From Opitutia bacterium (lineage in GTDB: Bacteria > Verrucomicrobiota > Verrucomicrobiia > Opitutales > UBA953), in NCBI GenBank assembly GCA_947453335.1, contig CANGFP010000003.1, positions 160,704 through 224,703 on the forward strand: a DNA stretch of 64,000 bases, read 5' to 3'. A program made the translations under genes and the position numbers. The notes below the pieces were generated by a model. The model had not been told where the DNA came from. It ran no database searches and worked only from the letters and a program-made list of their open reading frames with translations. Below, in pieces: positions 27,620 to 37,191 of the stretch (positions within the stretch are counted from its first letter, which is position 1; every line of letters starts with the position of its first letter).

Positions 27620-28060
27620 ATGGCAGGCGGAGGCGGAGGCGGAGACGGGGAACCTGAGTTCCAGGTGGCGCCGATGATCGACGTCCTCCTGGTGCTGCTG
27701 ATCTTCTTCATGTCGATCACCTCGGCCCAGGTGCTGAAGGTCGACAAGAACATCGCCCTCCCCGTGGCTTCCCACGGCGTGAAGCGCGACGACAAGGCCG
27801 CGGCTGGCCTGATCAACATCTCCTGGGACAAGAACACGGGCCAGGCCAAGTACAAGCTCGACGACCGCGAGCTCGACGTGAACGACAAGGACGGCATCGC
27901 GAAGGAGCTCAAGGACCGCAAGGGCACCAACGAGAAGTTCCGCCTGCTCATCCGCGCCGACCGCCAGTGCCACGCGAAGTACATCTCGAAGGCCCTCGAA
28001 TGGGGCGCCGAGGCCGGCATCGACAACATCGCCTTCTCCGGGCTCAACCGCGAAGAATAA
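27620..28060 (+). CDS. ExbD/TolR biopolymer transport protein (copy 1)
   Basis: This is a 146-aa ORF. The TM carries the invariant Asp (FQVAPMIDVLLVLLIFFM). The periplasmic domain includes LLIRADRQCHAKYISKALE. Confidence 0.88.
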   Translation: MAGGGGGGDGEPEFQVAPMIDVLLVLLIFFMSITSAQVLKVDKNIALPVASHGVKRDDKAAAGLINISWDKNTGQAKYKLDDRELDVNDKDGIAKELKDRKGTNEKFRLLIRADRQCHAKYISKALEWGAEAGIDNIAFSGLNREE

Positions 28061-28063
28061 GCC

Positions 28064-28507
28064 ATGAAACAAGCCCCTCAAGAGGCCCCGGCCGACGCCG
28101 GCTTCCAGATCGCCCCGATGATCGACGTGGTCTTCGTGATCATGCTCTTCTTCATGGTGATGGCCGGCGCCGTCAAGGTGGAGCACGAGCTCAAGACGAC
28201 CCTTCCCGGCAACGCCGAGACGGCCAAGGAGACCGAGATGCCCGACGAGATCACCATCGGGGTCTCCGAGAACGGCACGGTCACCATCAACGAGGACCCG
28301 GTCGGCCAGCCGAACGACAAGGCCCTCGAGAACCTGTACAACGAGATGATGAAGATGGCCGCCGCGGCCAAGCAGTCCAAGACGAAGCTGCTCATCACCG
28401 TCCAGGCCGAGGAGGCCGCGAAGTACGAGCGCGTGATCAACGTGCTCGACGTGCTGGCCCGCGCCGAGATCAACAACGTGACCTTCGCGGTCGCGGAGCC
28501 GGAATAG
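28064..28507 (+). CDS. ExbD/TolR biopolymer transport protein (copy 2)
   Basis: This is a 147-aa ORF. The TM carries the Asp (FQIAPMIDVVFVIMLFFM). The periplasmic domain includes LLITVQAEEAAKYERVINVLD. Confidence 0.88.
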   Translation: MKQAPQEAPADAGFQIAPMIDVVFVIMLFFMVMAGAVKVEHELKTTLPGNAETAKETEMPDEITIGVSENGTVTINEDPVGQPNDKALENLYNEMMKMAAAAKQSKTKLLITVQAEEAAKYERVINVLDVLARAEINNVTFAVAEPE

Positions 28508-28528
28508 GCGGTCCGACCTCCCGCCACA

Positions 28529-28553
28529 GGCCGCCGTCAGGCGGCCTTTTTGT
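28529..28553 (+). terminator. Intrinsic terminator after the exbD pair
   Basis: The sequence is GGCCGCC-gtca-GGCGGCC followed by TTTTTGTT. Confidence 0.7.
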
Positions 28554-28597
28554 TGGGCGGGCTTGCCAAGCCGTTCCGGCAGGTTTCACTTCGCCCC

Positions 28598-28723
28598 ATG
28601 AAACTCACCGCCGCCCTCCTGCTCCTCCTCAGCCTCGGCCTCTCCGGCTGCATCATCGTGATCGAGCAGGCCAAGGAAAAGAAGGAAGCCCCGGCCGCCA
28701 CGGCCAAGGCCGACGCCAAGTAA
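28598..28723 (+). CDS. Small lipoprotein (41 aa), below the ORF-track cut-off
   Basis: By hand translation: MKLTAALLLLLSLGLSGC|IIVIEQAKEKKEAPAATAKADAK. The lipobox is L-S-G-C. It lies after the exbD terminator, so it would need its own promoter. Confidence 0.4.
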   Translation: MKLTAALLLLLSLGLSGCIIVIEQAKEKKEAPAATAKADAK

Positions 28724-28748
28724 GCCACGGGGGCCTTCCCTCAGGCGC

Positions 28749-30080
28749 TCAGGCGAAGCCCTGCGTCGAATCCAGCACGCGGCGGACGGCTTCGTAGTCG
28801 TTGCCGATGCTCAGCGGAGCCGGCTTCGGCATCTCGTACGGGAAGACCGAAGCCCGGGCATCGCCGAAGGCCGCCTGCAGGACGTCGGGGAACTTCGCCG
28901 GATGGGCGGTACCGAAGACGACGACGTCAAGGTCCCCGGCTTGGTCTTGCGCGAGCAGGTCCTCCGCGGCCTTCCAGCCGACGGCGGTATGCGGGCAGAG
29001 GACGTAGCCGCCGGCCGCGCGCACGCGGCGCATGGTGTCCAGCGTGGCGGCGTCATCGACGGTGACGGCCGAGACGGCTGGACCGCCTTGGCGCCAGGCC
29101 AGGAGGCGGTCGAGGTTGTTGGGGGCGCCGATGTCCATCGCGTTGGACGCGGTGGGGACGGAACGGCGCGGCTGGTAGCGGCCCGTCGCGAAGAGCTCGG
29201 GCAGCGGCGAGTTGATGTTCGTCGCGGCGACGAGGACGTCCACGGGCAGGCCCATGCGACGGGCGAGCTGGACGGCGCCGACGTTGCCGAGGTTGCCGGA
29301 GGGGACGACGATGCCGAGGCGACGGCCCGCCGCCAGCTGCCGACGGACGTGGAAGGCGAACGGGACCTGCGCGATGAGCCGGATCGGGTTGATCGAGTTC
29401 GCCGTAAGCAGAGGCCCCACGCGGCGCAAGGTGTCGTCGGCCAGGGCGCGCTTCACCAGCGCCTGGCAGTCGTCGAACGTCCCGTCGACCGAAAGCGCGA
29501 CCACGCCGGGTCGGGCGCGGGCGATCTGCGATTCCTGCACCGGGCTGACGCCGATGCGCGGGTAGAGGACCACGGCCCGCACGCCGGGCACGCCGGCGCA
29601 GGCTTCCGTGACCGCGCCACCGGTGTCGCCGGAGGTGGCGGCCAGGATCGTGAAGCGCGGGTGCCCGGCACCCAGCACGTGCGCGGTGACGCGGACGAGC
29701 AGGCGGACGGCGAAGTCCTTGAAGGCCGCGGACGGGCCTTGGAAGAGCTCCAGGACGCGGATGCGGTCGGCGGGCTGTCCCGCGAAACCGGGCGGATGCA
29801 CGAGCGGGACCGGGAAGTCGAAGGCTTCGCGGCAGAGACGCCGCAGCACGTCGGCGCCGAGCTCCTCGCGCAGGAACGGGGCGATGACGGCCTCGGCGAG
29901 GTCGGCGTAGCCGTCGGCGCGATGCGCGTCGAGGAAGCCCGGGGGAAGCTGCGGGATGACGGACGGCACCCACAGCCCGCCCTTGCCGGGCATGGAGGCC
30001 AACAGCACGTCGCGGAGGCCGGCGCGCTGCGCGGGGTCGGCGGTCGAGACGAACTCGAGCTTACTTTTGGGAGAGGACAT
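28749..30080 (-). CDS. thrC: Threonine synthase
   Basis: This is a 443-aa ORF. The PLP lysine context is GPSAAFKDFA. Other matching segments are ATSGDTGGA and VVPSGNLGNV. It lies downstream of thrB in the same orientation, with a 20-nt overlap. Confidence 0.92.
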   Translation of the reverse strand: MSSPKSKLEFVSTADPAQRAGLRDVLLASMPGKGGLWVPSVIPQLPPGFLDAHRADGYADLAEAVIAPFLREELGADVLRRLCREAFDFPVPLVHPPGFAGQPADRIRVLELFQGPSAAFKDFAVRLLVRVTAHVLGAGHPRFTILAATSGDTGGAVTEACAGVPGVRAVVLYPRIGVSPVQESQIARARPGVVALSVDGTFDDCQALVKRALADDTLRRVGPLLTANSINPIRLIAQVPFAFHVRRQLAAGRRLGIVVPSGNLGNVGAVQLARRMGLPVDVLVAATNINSPLPELFATGRYQPRRSVPTASNAMDIGAPNNLDRLLAWRQGGPAVSAVTVDDAATLDTMRRVRAAGGYVLCPHTAVGWKAAEDLLAQDQAGDLDVVVFGTAHPAKFPDVLQAAFGDARASVFPYEMPKPAPLSIGNDYEAVRRVLDSTQGFA

Positions 30081-31014
30081 GGACGCCCTTGGGGTTGATG
30101 CGCGAAACGTACTGCGTGGGCTTGATCGCCACGGAATCGAAGACCTTGGCGACGGCCGCGGCGACCTTGCGGGCGGTGGCCTCGCCTTCGCAGAGCGCGA
30201 AGACGCTGGGACCGGCGCCGGAGATGGAGAAACCGAGCGCGCCCGCGGCGAGGGCTTCGCGCTTGGCGCGGTAGAACTCGGGGATCAGGCGCTGGCGGTG
30301 CGGCTCGGCGATGAGGTCGTGCACCGACCGGCCGATGAGGGCGTAGTCGCTCTGGTAGAGCCCGCAGATGAGGCCGCCGAGGTTCCCGCTCTGCTGCGTG
30401 GAGGTCTCCAGCTGGATGTGGCGCGGCATGATCTCGCGCGCGACCTTCGTGAGGACGACGATGTCCGGGTGCACCACCGCGGCCCACAGATTCGCAGGGA
30501 TCGGGATGTTGTGGACGTCGAGCTCGGCGTTCGAGCGGATGAGCGTGATGCCGCCGAGCAGGCAAGGTCCGACGTTGTCGGCGTGCCACGCGCCGTCGGC
30601 GGCCGCCTCGCCGGCGACGACGAACGGCAGGAGCTGCCGACGGGTCAGAGGCTCGCCCAGGAGCTGGTTGACGGCGAACGCGCCTCCGACCGCGCTGGCG
30701 GCGCTGGAACCGAGGCCGCTGCCGAAGGGCATGCGCTTGTGGATCTCCATCTCGATGCCGACGTCGGTCTTGCCGAGGTGGCGCAGCAGGTCCAACGCGG
30801 CCACGCCGGCGGTGTTCAGCTTGGCGTCGAGCGGCAGGCGACCCTCGTCACCCGTGATCTTGGTGATGCGTAGGCCGGGCTGGGTCGAAGCGCGGACGAC
30901 GATCTCGTCCCCTGGCAGCTCGATGGCGAACCCCAGCACGTCGAACCCGCAGGCCACGTTGGCCACGGTGGCGGGAGAGAAAACACGGACTTCCTGCAGC
31001 GGTTGTTTGGTCAT
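30061..31014 (-). CDS. thrB: Homoserine kinase
   Basis: The GHMP kinase motif is [15 protein letters not shown]. The N-terminus is [23 protein letters not shown] chose the internal ATG at 31014 (MTKQPLQEV) rather than the ORF-track start at 31107. Confidence 0.9.
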   Translation of the reverse strand: MTKQPLQEVRVFSPATVANVACGFDVLGFAIELPGDEIVVRASTQPGLRITKITGDEGRLPLDAKLNTAGVAALDLLRHLGKTDVGIEMEIHKRMPFGSGLGSSAASAVGGAFAVNQLLGEPLTRRQLLPFVVAGEAAADGAWHADNVGPCLLGGITLIRSNAELDVHNIPIPANLWAAVVHPDIVVLTKVAREIMPRHIQLETSTQQSGNLGGLICGLYQSDYALIGRSVHDLIAEPHRQRLIPEFYRAKREALAAGALGFSISGAGPSVFALCEGEATARKVAAAVAKVFDSVAIKPTQYVSRINPKGVHVLSQK

Positions 31015-31078
31015 GACAGCCCCGAAAACGGTGCAGGAAAGACCTTTCGGGTTGCCACCCCACGGGTCAACGGTGAAC

Positions 31079-33043
31079 ATGAGCGTTACCGAGCCTAAAA
31101 TGCCCAAAAGAACTCACCAGTTCGGGTTCGTGACCGTCGCGGCCGCCTCCCCTTCCCTCCGCCTGGGCGATCCGGCGGCGAACGCGCTGTTGGTGATCCA
31201 AGCGCTCGAGAAGGCTGCGGCCGAAGGCGCCGAGATCGTCGTCCTCCCTGAACTTTGCCTGACCGGCTACAGTTGCGGCGACCTGTTCGGCCAACGCACC
31301 CTCCTGCAAGGCGCCTTGAAGGGCTTGGGCCAGGTCGCCGAGGCCACCGCCCGTCTCGGGCTCACGGCCCTCGTCGGACTCCCCCTTGAGGTCTCCGGAC
31401 GCCTCTTCAACGTCGCCGCGTTCGTCTCCCGAGGCAAGGTACTCGGCGTCGTCCCCAAGACCCACCTGCCCAACACCGGCGAGTTCTATGAGCAGCGCTG
31501 GTTCGCCTCCGCCCGGGTCGCCCCGGTCAAGGAGATCGACCTCCTCGGCCAGACCGTCCCCTTCGGCACCGACCTCCTCTTCCAGGCCTCGGACCTGCCG
31601 GATTGCGTGGTCGGCCTCGAACTCTGCGAAGACCTCTGGGCCGTCGAGCCCCCGAGCGGCGCGCAGGCCCTCGCCGGCGCGACCCTGCTCTGCAACCTCT
31701 CCGCCAGCGACGAACTCCTGACCAAGGCGGCCTACCGTCGCGACCTCGTGCGCGCCCAGTCGGCCCGTTGCCTCGGGGCCTACGTCTACGCCGCCGCCGG
31801 CGCCGGCGAATCCAGCACCGACGTCGTCTACAGCGGCCATGGCCTCATCGCCGAGAACGGCGTGGTGCTCGGCGAATCCGAACGCTTCCGTTTCGAGCTC
31901 TCGCTGCTCGTCTCCCAGATCGACGTCGACAAGCTGCAGGCCGAACGCCGCCGCAACAGCACCTTCTTCGGCGCCCCGGCCGCGCTGCAGCCCCGCGTCC
32001 GGACGTTCGAGCTCGGCCACCCCGCCGGCGCGACCCAGAAGCTGCGCCGCCGCTTCAGCCAGCACCCCTTCGTGCCTTCGGACGCGCATCGCCGCGACGA
32101 GCACAGTCAGGAGATCTTCGCGATCCAATCGACGGGCCTCGCGCGCCGTCTCCGCCACACCGGGGCGCGCCACGTCGTCATCGGCGTCTCCGGCGGCCTC
32201 GATTCCACGCTCGCCCTCCTCGTCCTGCTGGAGGCCTTCGGCCGCCTCGGGCTCGACCGCAAGGGCATCATCGGCGTGACCATGCCCGGACCGGGCACGA
32301 CCGTCCGCACGCGCCTGAACGCGCTCAAGCTGATGGAAGCGCTCGGCGTCACCGCCCGCGAGATCCCCATCGGCGCCGCGGTGGAACAGCACCTCGCCGA
32401 CATCCAGCATCCGCCGGGCAAGCACGACGTCACCTTCGAGAACGCGCAGGCCCGCGAGCGCACGCAGGTCCTCATGGACGTGGCCAACCAGGCCGGCGGC
32501 TTCGTCGTCGGCACGGGCGACCTTTCCGAGGCCGCGCTCGGCTGGTGCACCTTCAACGCGGACCACATGTCGATGTACCACGTGAACATCGGCGTGCCCA
32601 AGACGCTCGTCCGCCACCTGGTCTCCTGGGCGGCGCACGCCCGTCACGTCGGCCACGAACGCGCCCTCCTCGAGGACATCGTCGCCACGCCGGTCAGCCC
32701 CGAGCTGCTGCCCCCGGGCGGCGACGGCGAGATCGCGCAGCAGACGGAGATGCTCGTGGGTCCCTACGAGCTCCACGACTTCTTCCTCTACCACGTGGTC
32801 CGCAACGGCTTCCGCCCGGCCAAGGTCGCCTGGCTCGCCGAGCACGCGTTCGCGGGCAAGTACGACCATACGGAGATCCGCCACTGGCTCCGCACGTTCC
32901 TGACCCGCTTCTTCAGCCAGCAGTACAAGCGCTCGGTGATGCCCGACGGCCCCAAGGTCGGCTCGGTCGCCCTCTCGCCCCGCGGGGATTGGCGCATGCC
33001 GTCCGACGCCGAGGCCACGGCGTGGCTTGCGGAACTCGCGTAA
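31079..33043 (+). CDS. nadE: Glutamine-dependent NAD+ synthetase
   Basis: The in-frame ATG is at 31079, within the 891-aa ORF. The N-terminal part is a CN-hydrolase domain ([26 protein letters not shown]). The C-terminal part is the synthetase domain with a PP-loop ([14 protein letters not shown]). Confidence 0.93.
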   Translation: MSVTEPKMPKRTHQFGFVTVAAASPSLRLGDPAANALLVIQALEKAAAEGAEIVVLPELCLTGYSCGDLFGQRTLLQGALKGLGQVAEATARLGLTALVGLPLEVSGRLFNVAAFVSRGKVLGVVPKTHLPNTGEFYEQRWFASARVAPVKEIDLLGQTVPFGTDLLFQASDLPDCVVGLELCEDLWAVEPPSGAQALAGATLLCNLSASDELLTKAAYRRDLVRAQSARCLGAYVYAAAGAGESSTDVVYSGHGLIAENGVVLGESERFRFELSLLVSQIDVDKLQAERRRNSTFFGAPAALQPRVRTFELGHPAGATQKLRRRFSQHPFVPSDAHRRDEHSQEIFAIQSTGLARRLRHTGARHVVIGVSGGLDSTLALLVLLEAFGRLGLDRKGIIGVTMPGPGTTVRTRLNALKLMEALGVTAREIPIGAAVEQHLADIQHPPGKHDVTFENAQARERTQVLMDVANQAGGFVVGTGDLSEAALGWCTFNADHMSMYHVNIGVPKTLVRHLVSWAAHARHVGHERALLEDIVATPVSPELLPPGGDGEIAQQTEMLVGPYELHDFFLYHVVRNGFRPAKVAWLAEHAFAGKYDHTEIRHWLRTFLTRFFSQQYKRSVMPDGPKVGSVALSPRGDWRMPSDAEATAWLAELA

Positions 33044-33049
33044 GGGTGT

Positions 33050-34528
33050 TTGCTGGGGGGCGTGACGACTCCCGTACGCACCCATCCCGCCGCCACGCAG
33101 GCGCTGCTCGCCCGTCTGGGCGCCGCCAAGGTCAAGACCGACGAAGCCACGTGCTTCGCGGCTTCCTTCGACAACATGCGCCTGTCCTTCATGCCTGAGG
33201 CGGTCATCCGCCCCGACGTGGAAGACGACATCGGCGTCGTGCTGAAGCTCGCCAACGAACACCAGGTGCCCGTGACCGTGCGCGGCCGCGGCACCGGCAA
33301 CACCGGGGCGTCCTCCCCGATCCGCGGCGGCTGGGTGATCCACCTCGACCACTGGGACAAGATCGAAATCGACCCGATCTCGGCCATGGCGACGGTCCAG
33401 CCCGGCGCGATCACGGCGCGCATCAACGAGCTCGCCGCCGAATACGGCCTCTTCTTCCCGCCCGACCCTTCATCGCTCAAGCACTGCAGCATCGGCGGCA
33501 ACATCGCCACGAACGCCGGCGGGCTCCGGGCGGCCAAATACGGCGTCGTCCGCGATCACGTCTACGCCCTCGAAGGCTTCCTGCCCACGGGCGAGAAGGT
33601 CACCTGGGGCGCCCCGCTGCGCAAGTTCGTCAGCGGGCTCAACCTCCGCGACCTCTGGATCGGTTCCGAAGGCACGCTCGGGGTCATCACCAAGGCCACG
33701 CTGAAACTCGTCAACAAGCCCAAGGCCCGCCGCACGTTCCTGCTGGCCTGCCGCACCGACGAAGGCGCGCTCGAGGCCGCCGCCGCCCTAATGGGCGCGC
33801 GCGTCAACCCCGCTGTCTTCGAGTTCCTCGACACGCAGACCGTCGAGGCCGCCGAGAAGCGCCGCGGGAGCCGCGTGTTCTCCACCGCCGAACTGCACGG
33901 GGTCGAAGCCACCCACGCCATCCTGCTCGTCGAGATCGACGGTCATCCCGCCGCCCTCGCCGAGGACGCCGAGAAGGTCCGCGCCTGGATCGCGAAGTAC
34001 GCCGTGGCCTTCCGCGAGACCGATGTCGAAGCCGAAGCCGAAGCACTCTGGGACATCCGCCGTACCTGCTCGCAGGCGATGTATGCCCTCGGCAACGCCA
34101 AGCTCAACGAAGACATCGTGGTGCCCTTCCGCAGCTACGTGGAACTCATCCGCTACACCCGCGAGGTCCGCGACCGCGTGGGTCTGGCGACGCCGACCTT
34201 CGGCCACGCGGCGGACGGCAACTTCCACGTGCACATCATGTACGACCGCGACAACCCCGAGCACTGCCGCAAGGCCGAGCAGGCCATCCATGAGGTGATG
34301 ACCAAGGTCGTCGCGCTGGGCGGCGCCATCACGGGTGAGCACGGCATCGGCATCGCGAAGTCGCCGTTCCTCCGCCTCCAGCACTCCCCGGCCGAGATCG
34401 GCGCGATGGTCGCGGTGAAGCGCGCGCTCGACCCGAACAACATCCTCGCCCCGGGCCAGATCTTCGAGCCCCTCAACGTGTGGGAGCATCGTCCGGTCAA
34501 GGTCACCCTCGCCTGGGATAAGCACTGA
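33050..34528 (+). CDS. FAD-linked oxidase (GlcD / D-lactate dehydrogenase family)
   Basis: This is a 492-aa ORF. The FAD_binding_4 pattern is VTVRGRGTGNTGASSP, GGNIATNAGGLRAAKYG and GSEGTLGVITKATLKL. The C-terminal part includes GGAITGEHGIGIAK. Confidence 0.88.
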   Translation: MLGGVTTPVRTHPAATQALLARLGAAKVKTDEATCFAASFDNMRLSFMPEAVIRPDVEDDIGVVLKLANEHQVPVTVRGRGTGNTGASSPIRGGWVIHLDHWDKIEIDPISAMATVQPGAITARINELAAEYGLFFPPDPSSLKHCSIGGNIATNAGGLRAAKYGVVRDHVYALEGFLPTGEKVTWGAPLRKFVSGLNLRDLWIGSEGTLGVITKATLKLVNKPKARRTFLLACRTDEGALEAAAALMGARVNPAVFEFLDTQTVEAAEKRRGSRVFSTAELHGVEATHAILLVEIDGHPAALAEDAEKVRAWIAKYAVAFRETDVEAEAEALWDIRRTCSQAMYALGNAKLNEDIVVPFRSYVELIRYTREVRDRVGLATPTFGHAADGNFHVHIMYDRDNPEHCRKAEQAIHEVMTKVVALGGAITGEHGIGIAKSPFLRLQHSPAEIGAMVAVKRALDPNNILAPGQIFEPLNVWEHRPVKVTLAWDKH

Positions 34529-34531
34529 GCC

Positions 34532-35197
34532 ATGGGCCGCACCGTCGTCGTCTTTGATTGGGATGGGGTCGTCGTCGACTCCGCCGTCGCCCATGAACGT
34601 TCCTGGGAGCAGCTGGCGGCCGAGGAACGGCTCCCCTTGCCCACCGACCACTTCGTCCGCGGCTTCGGCAAGCGCAACGAGCTCATCATCCCCGACATCC
34701 TGCAATGGACGCGCGACCCGGCGGAGGTCCGCCGGCTGTCCTACCGCAAGGAGGAGCTCTACCGCGTCATCGCCCGCCAGGGCCACATCCGCGTCCTGCC
34801 GGGCGTCTTCGAGCTGCTCCGCGCCCTTCAGGCCGCGGGCATCCCTTGCGTCATCGGAACCTCGACGCAGAAGGAGAACCTGGCGCTGGCGTTCGAGCTC
34901 TTCGGGCTCGGCGGGTTCTTCCAAGGCGCCGTCAGCAGCGAGGACGTCTCGCGCGGCAAGCCCGACCCCGAGGTCTTCCTCAAGGCCTGCGCCTTGGCCG
35001 GCGGCGACCCGGCGGCTTCCTTCGTATTCGAGGATTCGTTCTCGGGCATCCAGGCGGGCCTCGCGGGCGGCTTCATCACCATCGCCTTGGCGACCACGAA
35101 CACCCGCGAAGCCCTGTCGGCGCAGAAGGCCCACCGCATCGTGAAGGATCTCTCCGAGGTCGACGCCGGTTGGCTCGTCCGCGGACGGCTCGACTGA
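34532..35197 (+). CDS. HAD-superfamily hydrolase (beta-phosphoglucomutase-like subfamily IA)
   Basis: Motif I is VVVFDWDGVVVDS. Motif II is IGTST. Motifs III/IV are GKPDPEVF and VFEDSFSGIQAGLAGG. Confidence 0.85.
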   Translation: MGRTVVVFDWDGVVVDSAVAHERSWEQLAAEERLPLPTDHFVRGFGKRNELIIPDILQWTRDPAEVRRLSYRKEELYRVIARQGHIRVLPGVFELLRALQAAGIPCVIGTSTQKENLALAFELFGLGGFFQGAVSSEDVSRGKPDPEVFLKACALAGGDPAASFVFEDSFSGIQAGLAGGFITIALATTNTREALSAQKAHRIVKDLSEVDAGWLVRGRLD

Positions 35198-35202
35198 GCG
35201 GC

Positions 35203-37191
35203 ATGGAGTTCCGCCTGCATTCCGACTACCAGCCGATGGGCGACCAGCCCGCGGCGATCGCGGCGCTGGACGCCTCGCTCCGGGCCGGGAACGCCCGGCA
35301 GACGCTGCTCGGCGTGACGGGCTCGGGCAAGACGTTCACGATGGCCAACCTGATCGCCCGGCAGCAGCGCCCGACCCTGGTCATCTCGCACAACAAGACG
35401 CTGGCGGCCCAGCTCTACTCGGAGTTCAAGCGCTTCTTCCCCGAGAACGCCGTCGAGTACTTCGTCAGCTACTACGACTACTACCAGCCGGAGGCCTACG
35501 TGCCGCAGACGGACACGTTCATCGAGAAGGACTCGGCCATCAACGAGGACATCGAGCGCCTGCGCATCAGCGCGAGCAGCGCCCTGCTCTCGCGGCGCGA
35601 CGTGGTCGTCATCGCCTCGGTGTCCTGCATCTACGGCCTCGGTTCGCCCGAGGATTTCCTGGCGCTGATGATCCCGCTGCGCCAAGGGCTCGTCATCAAG
35701 CGCGACGAGCTGCTCGCCCGCCTGGTCGCCAACCAGTACTCCCGCAACGACGCCATCCTCGAACGCTGCACGTTCCGCGCCCGCGGCGAGACCGTCGACA
35801 TCTGGCCGGCCTACATGGAGTCCGCCATCCGGCTGGAGTTCTGGGGCGACACGCTGGAGCAGATCCGCGAGCTCGACGCCGTCACGGTGCGTCCGGGCAA
35901 GACGCTCGAGAAGTTCGACCTCTACCCGGCCAACCAGTACGTGACGTCCGCCGCCCGCGTGAAGACCGCGGCCGAAGCCATCCGGGCGGAGCTCGAGGGG
36001 CGCGTCGCGGTCTTCGAGAAGGCCAACCGGCTGATCGAGGCCCAGCGCATCCGCATGCGCGTCGAGCACGACCTCGAGATGCTGCGCGAGACGGGCTTCT
36101 GCTCCGGCATCGAGAACTACTCGATGCACATGGCGGGACGTCGCCCCGGCGAACGTCCGCATTGCCTGCTGGACTTCTTCCCCGAGGACCGGCTGGTCTT
36201 CATCGACGAAAGCCACGTGTCGGTCTCGCAGATCGGCGGGATGTACCACGGGGACCGCGCCCGCAAGGAGAAGCTGGTCGACTTCGGGTTCCGGCTGCCG
36301 TCCGCCCTGGAGAACCGGCCGCTGCGGCCCGAGGAGTTCGACGCCATCTCCGGCCAGACGGTCTACGTCTCCGCCACGCCCGCGCCGCACGAATACAAGG
36401 TCTCGAGCGTCATCGCCGAACAGGTCATCCGCCCGACGGGCCTGCTCGATCCCGTCATGGAGGTCCGCCCGATCCGCGGCCAGGTCGAGGACATCATCGG
36501 CGAGGCCAAGCGCGTCGCCGGGCTCGGCTGGCGCACGCTGGTCACGACCCTGACGAAGCGGATGTCCGAGGACCTCTCTCAGTTCATGCGCGAGCACGGG
36601 CTGAAGGTCGAGTACCTGCACTCCGACATCGACGCCATCGAGCGCGTCGAGATCCTCCGCCGCCTCCGCGCGGGCAAGTTCGACGTCCTCGTCGGCGTCA
36701 ACCTGCTCCGCGAAGGCCTCGACCTGCCGGAGGTCGCGCTGGTCGGCATCCTCGACGCGGACAAGGAAGGCTTCCTGCGCAGCGAGACGAGCCTCATCCA
36801 GACGGCCGGCCGCGCGGCGCGCCATGTCGACGGCAAGGTGCTGCTCTACGCCGACGTGATGACGAAGTCGCTGACGCGGGCGCTGACGATCTGCGGCGAC
36901 CGGCGCAAACGCCAGCAGGCCTACAACCTGAAGCACGGCATCACGCCGAAGAGCACGGTCCGGGCGATCGAGGAGAGCCTGGTCGACGAGGAAGAGGCCA
37001 TGCTCACGGTCGCGGAAGGCACGGACGACCGCGACATCGCGCGCGTGCTCGCCGACCTCGAAACCGAGATGCTGGCGGCGGCCGACGAGCTGCAGTTCGA
37101 GAAGGCGGCGATGCTGCGCGACCAGATCGAGGCCCTGCGCACGGGCAAGCCGGCGCCGGCCAAGCAACGTCGCAAGGGCGGACGGCGCTGA
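35203..37191 (+). CDS. uvrB: Excinuclease ABC subunit B
   Basis: The in-frame ATG is at 35203 (MEFRLHSDYQPMGDQPAAI). Walker A is GVTGSGKTFTMA. Other matching segments are YYDYYQPEAY and the helicase motifs. The C-terminal UVR domain includes ELQFEKAAMLRDQIEAL. Confidence 0.97.
   Translation: MEFRLHSDYQPMGDQPAAIAALDASLRAGNARQTLLGVTGSGKTFTMANLIARQQRPTLVISHNKTLAAQLYSEFKRFFPENAVEYFVSYYDYYQPEAYVPQTDTFIEKDSAINEDIERLRISASSALLSRRDVVVIASVSCIYGLGSPEDFLALMIPLRQGLVIKRDELLARLVANQYSRNDAILERCTFRARGETVDIWPAYMESAIRLEFWGDTLEQIRELDAVTVRPGKTLEKFDLYPANQYVTSAARVKTAAEAIRAELEGRVAVFEKANRLIEAQRIRMRVEHDLEMLRETGFCSGIENYSMHMAGRRPGERPHCLLDFFPEDRLVFIDESHVSVSQIGGMYHGDRARKEKLVDFGFRLPSALENRPLRPEEFDAISGQTVYVSATPAPHEYKVSSVIAEQVIRPTGLLDPVMEVRPIRGQVEDIIGEAKRVAGLGWRTLVTTLTKRMSEDLSQFMREHGLKVEYLHSDIDAIERVEILRRLRAGKFDVLVGVNLLREGLDLPEVALVGILDADKEGFLRSETSLIQTAGRAARHVDGKVLLYADVMTKSLTRALTICGDRRKRQQAYNLKHGITPKSTVRAIEESLVDEEEAMLTVAEGTDDRDIARVLADLETEMLAAADELQFEKAAMLRDQIEALRTGKPAPAKQRRKGGRR

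Noticed and set aside
22277-28186. A 1969-aa ORF on the minus strand spanning the whole TPR-exbB-exbD region.
   Set aside because: It is exactly antisense to five plus-strand genes that have clear family signatures. Its product is a low-complexity Gly/Ala/Asp/Glu/Leu/Val run (GLGG.., ELLG..) typical of GC3-driven shadow ORFs. It has no recognisable domain.
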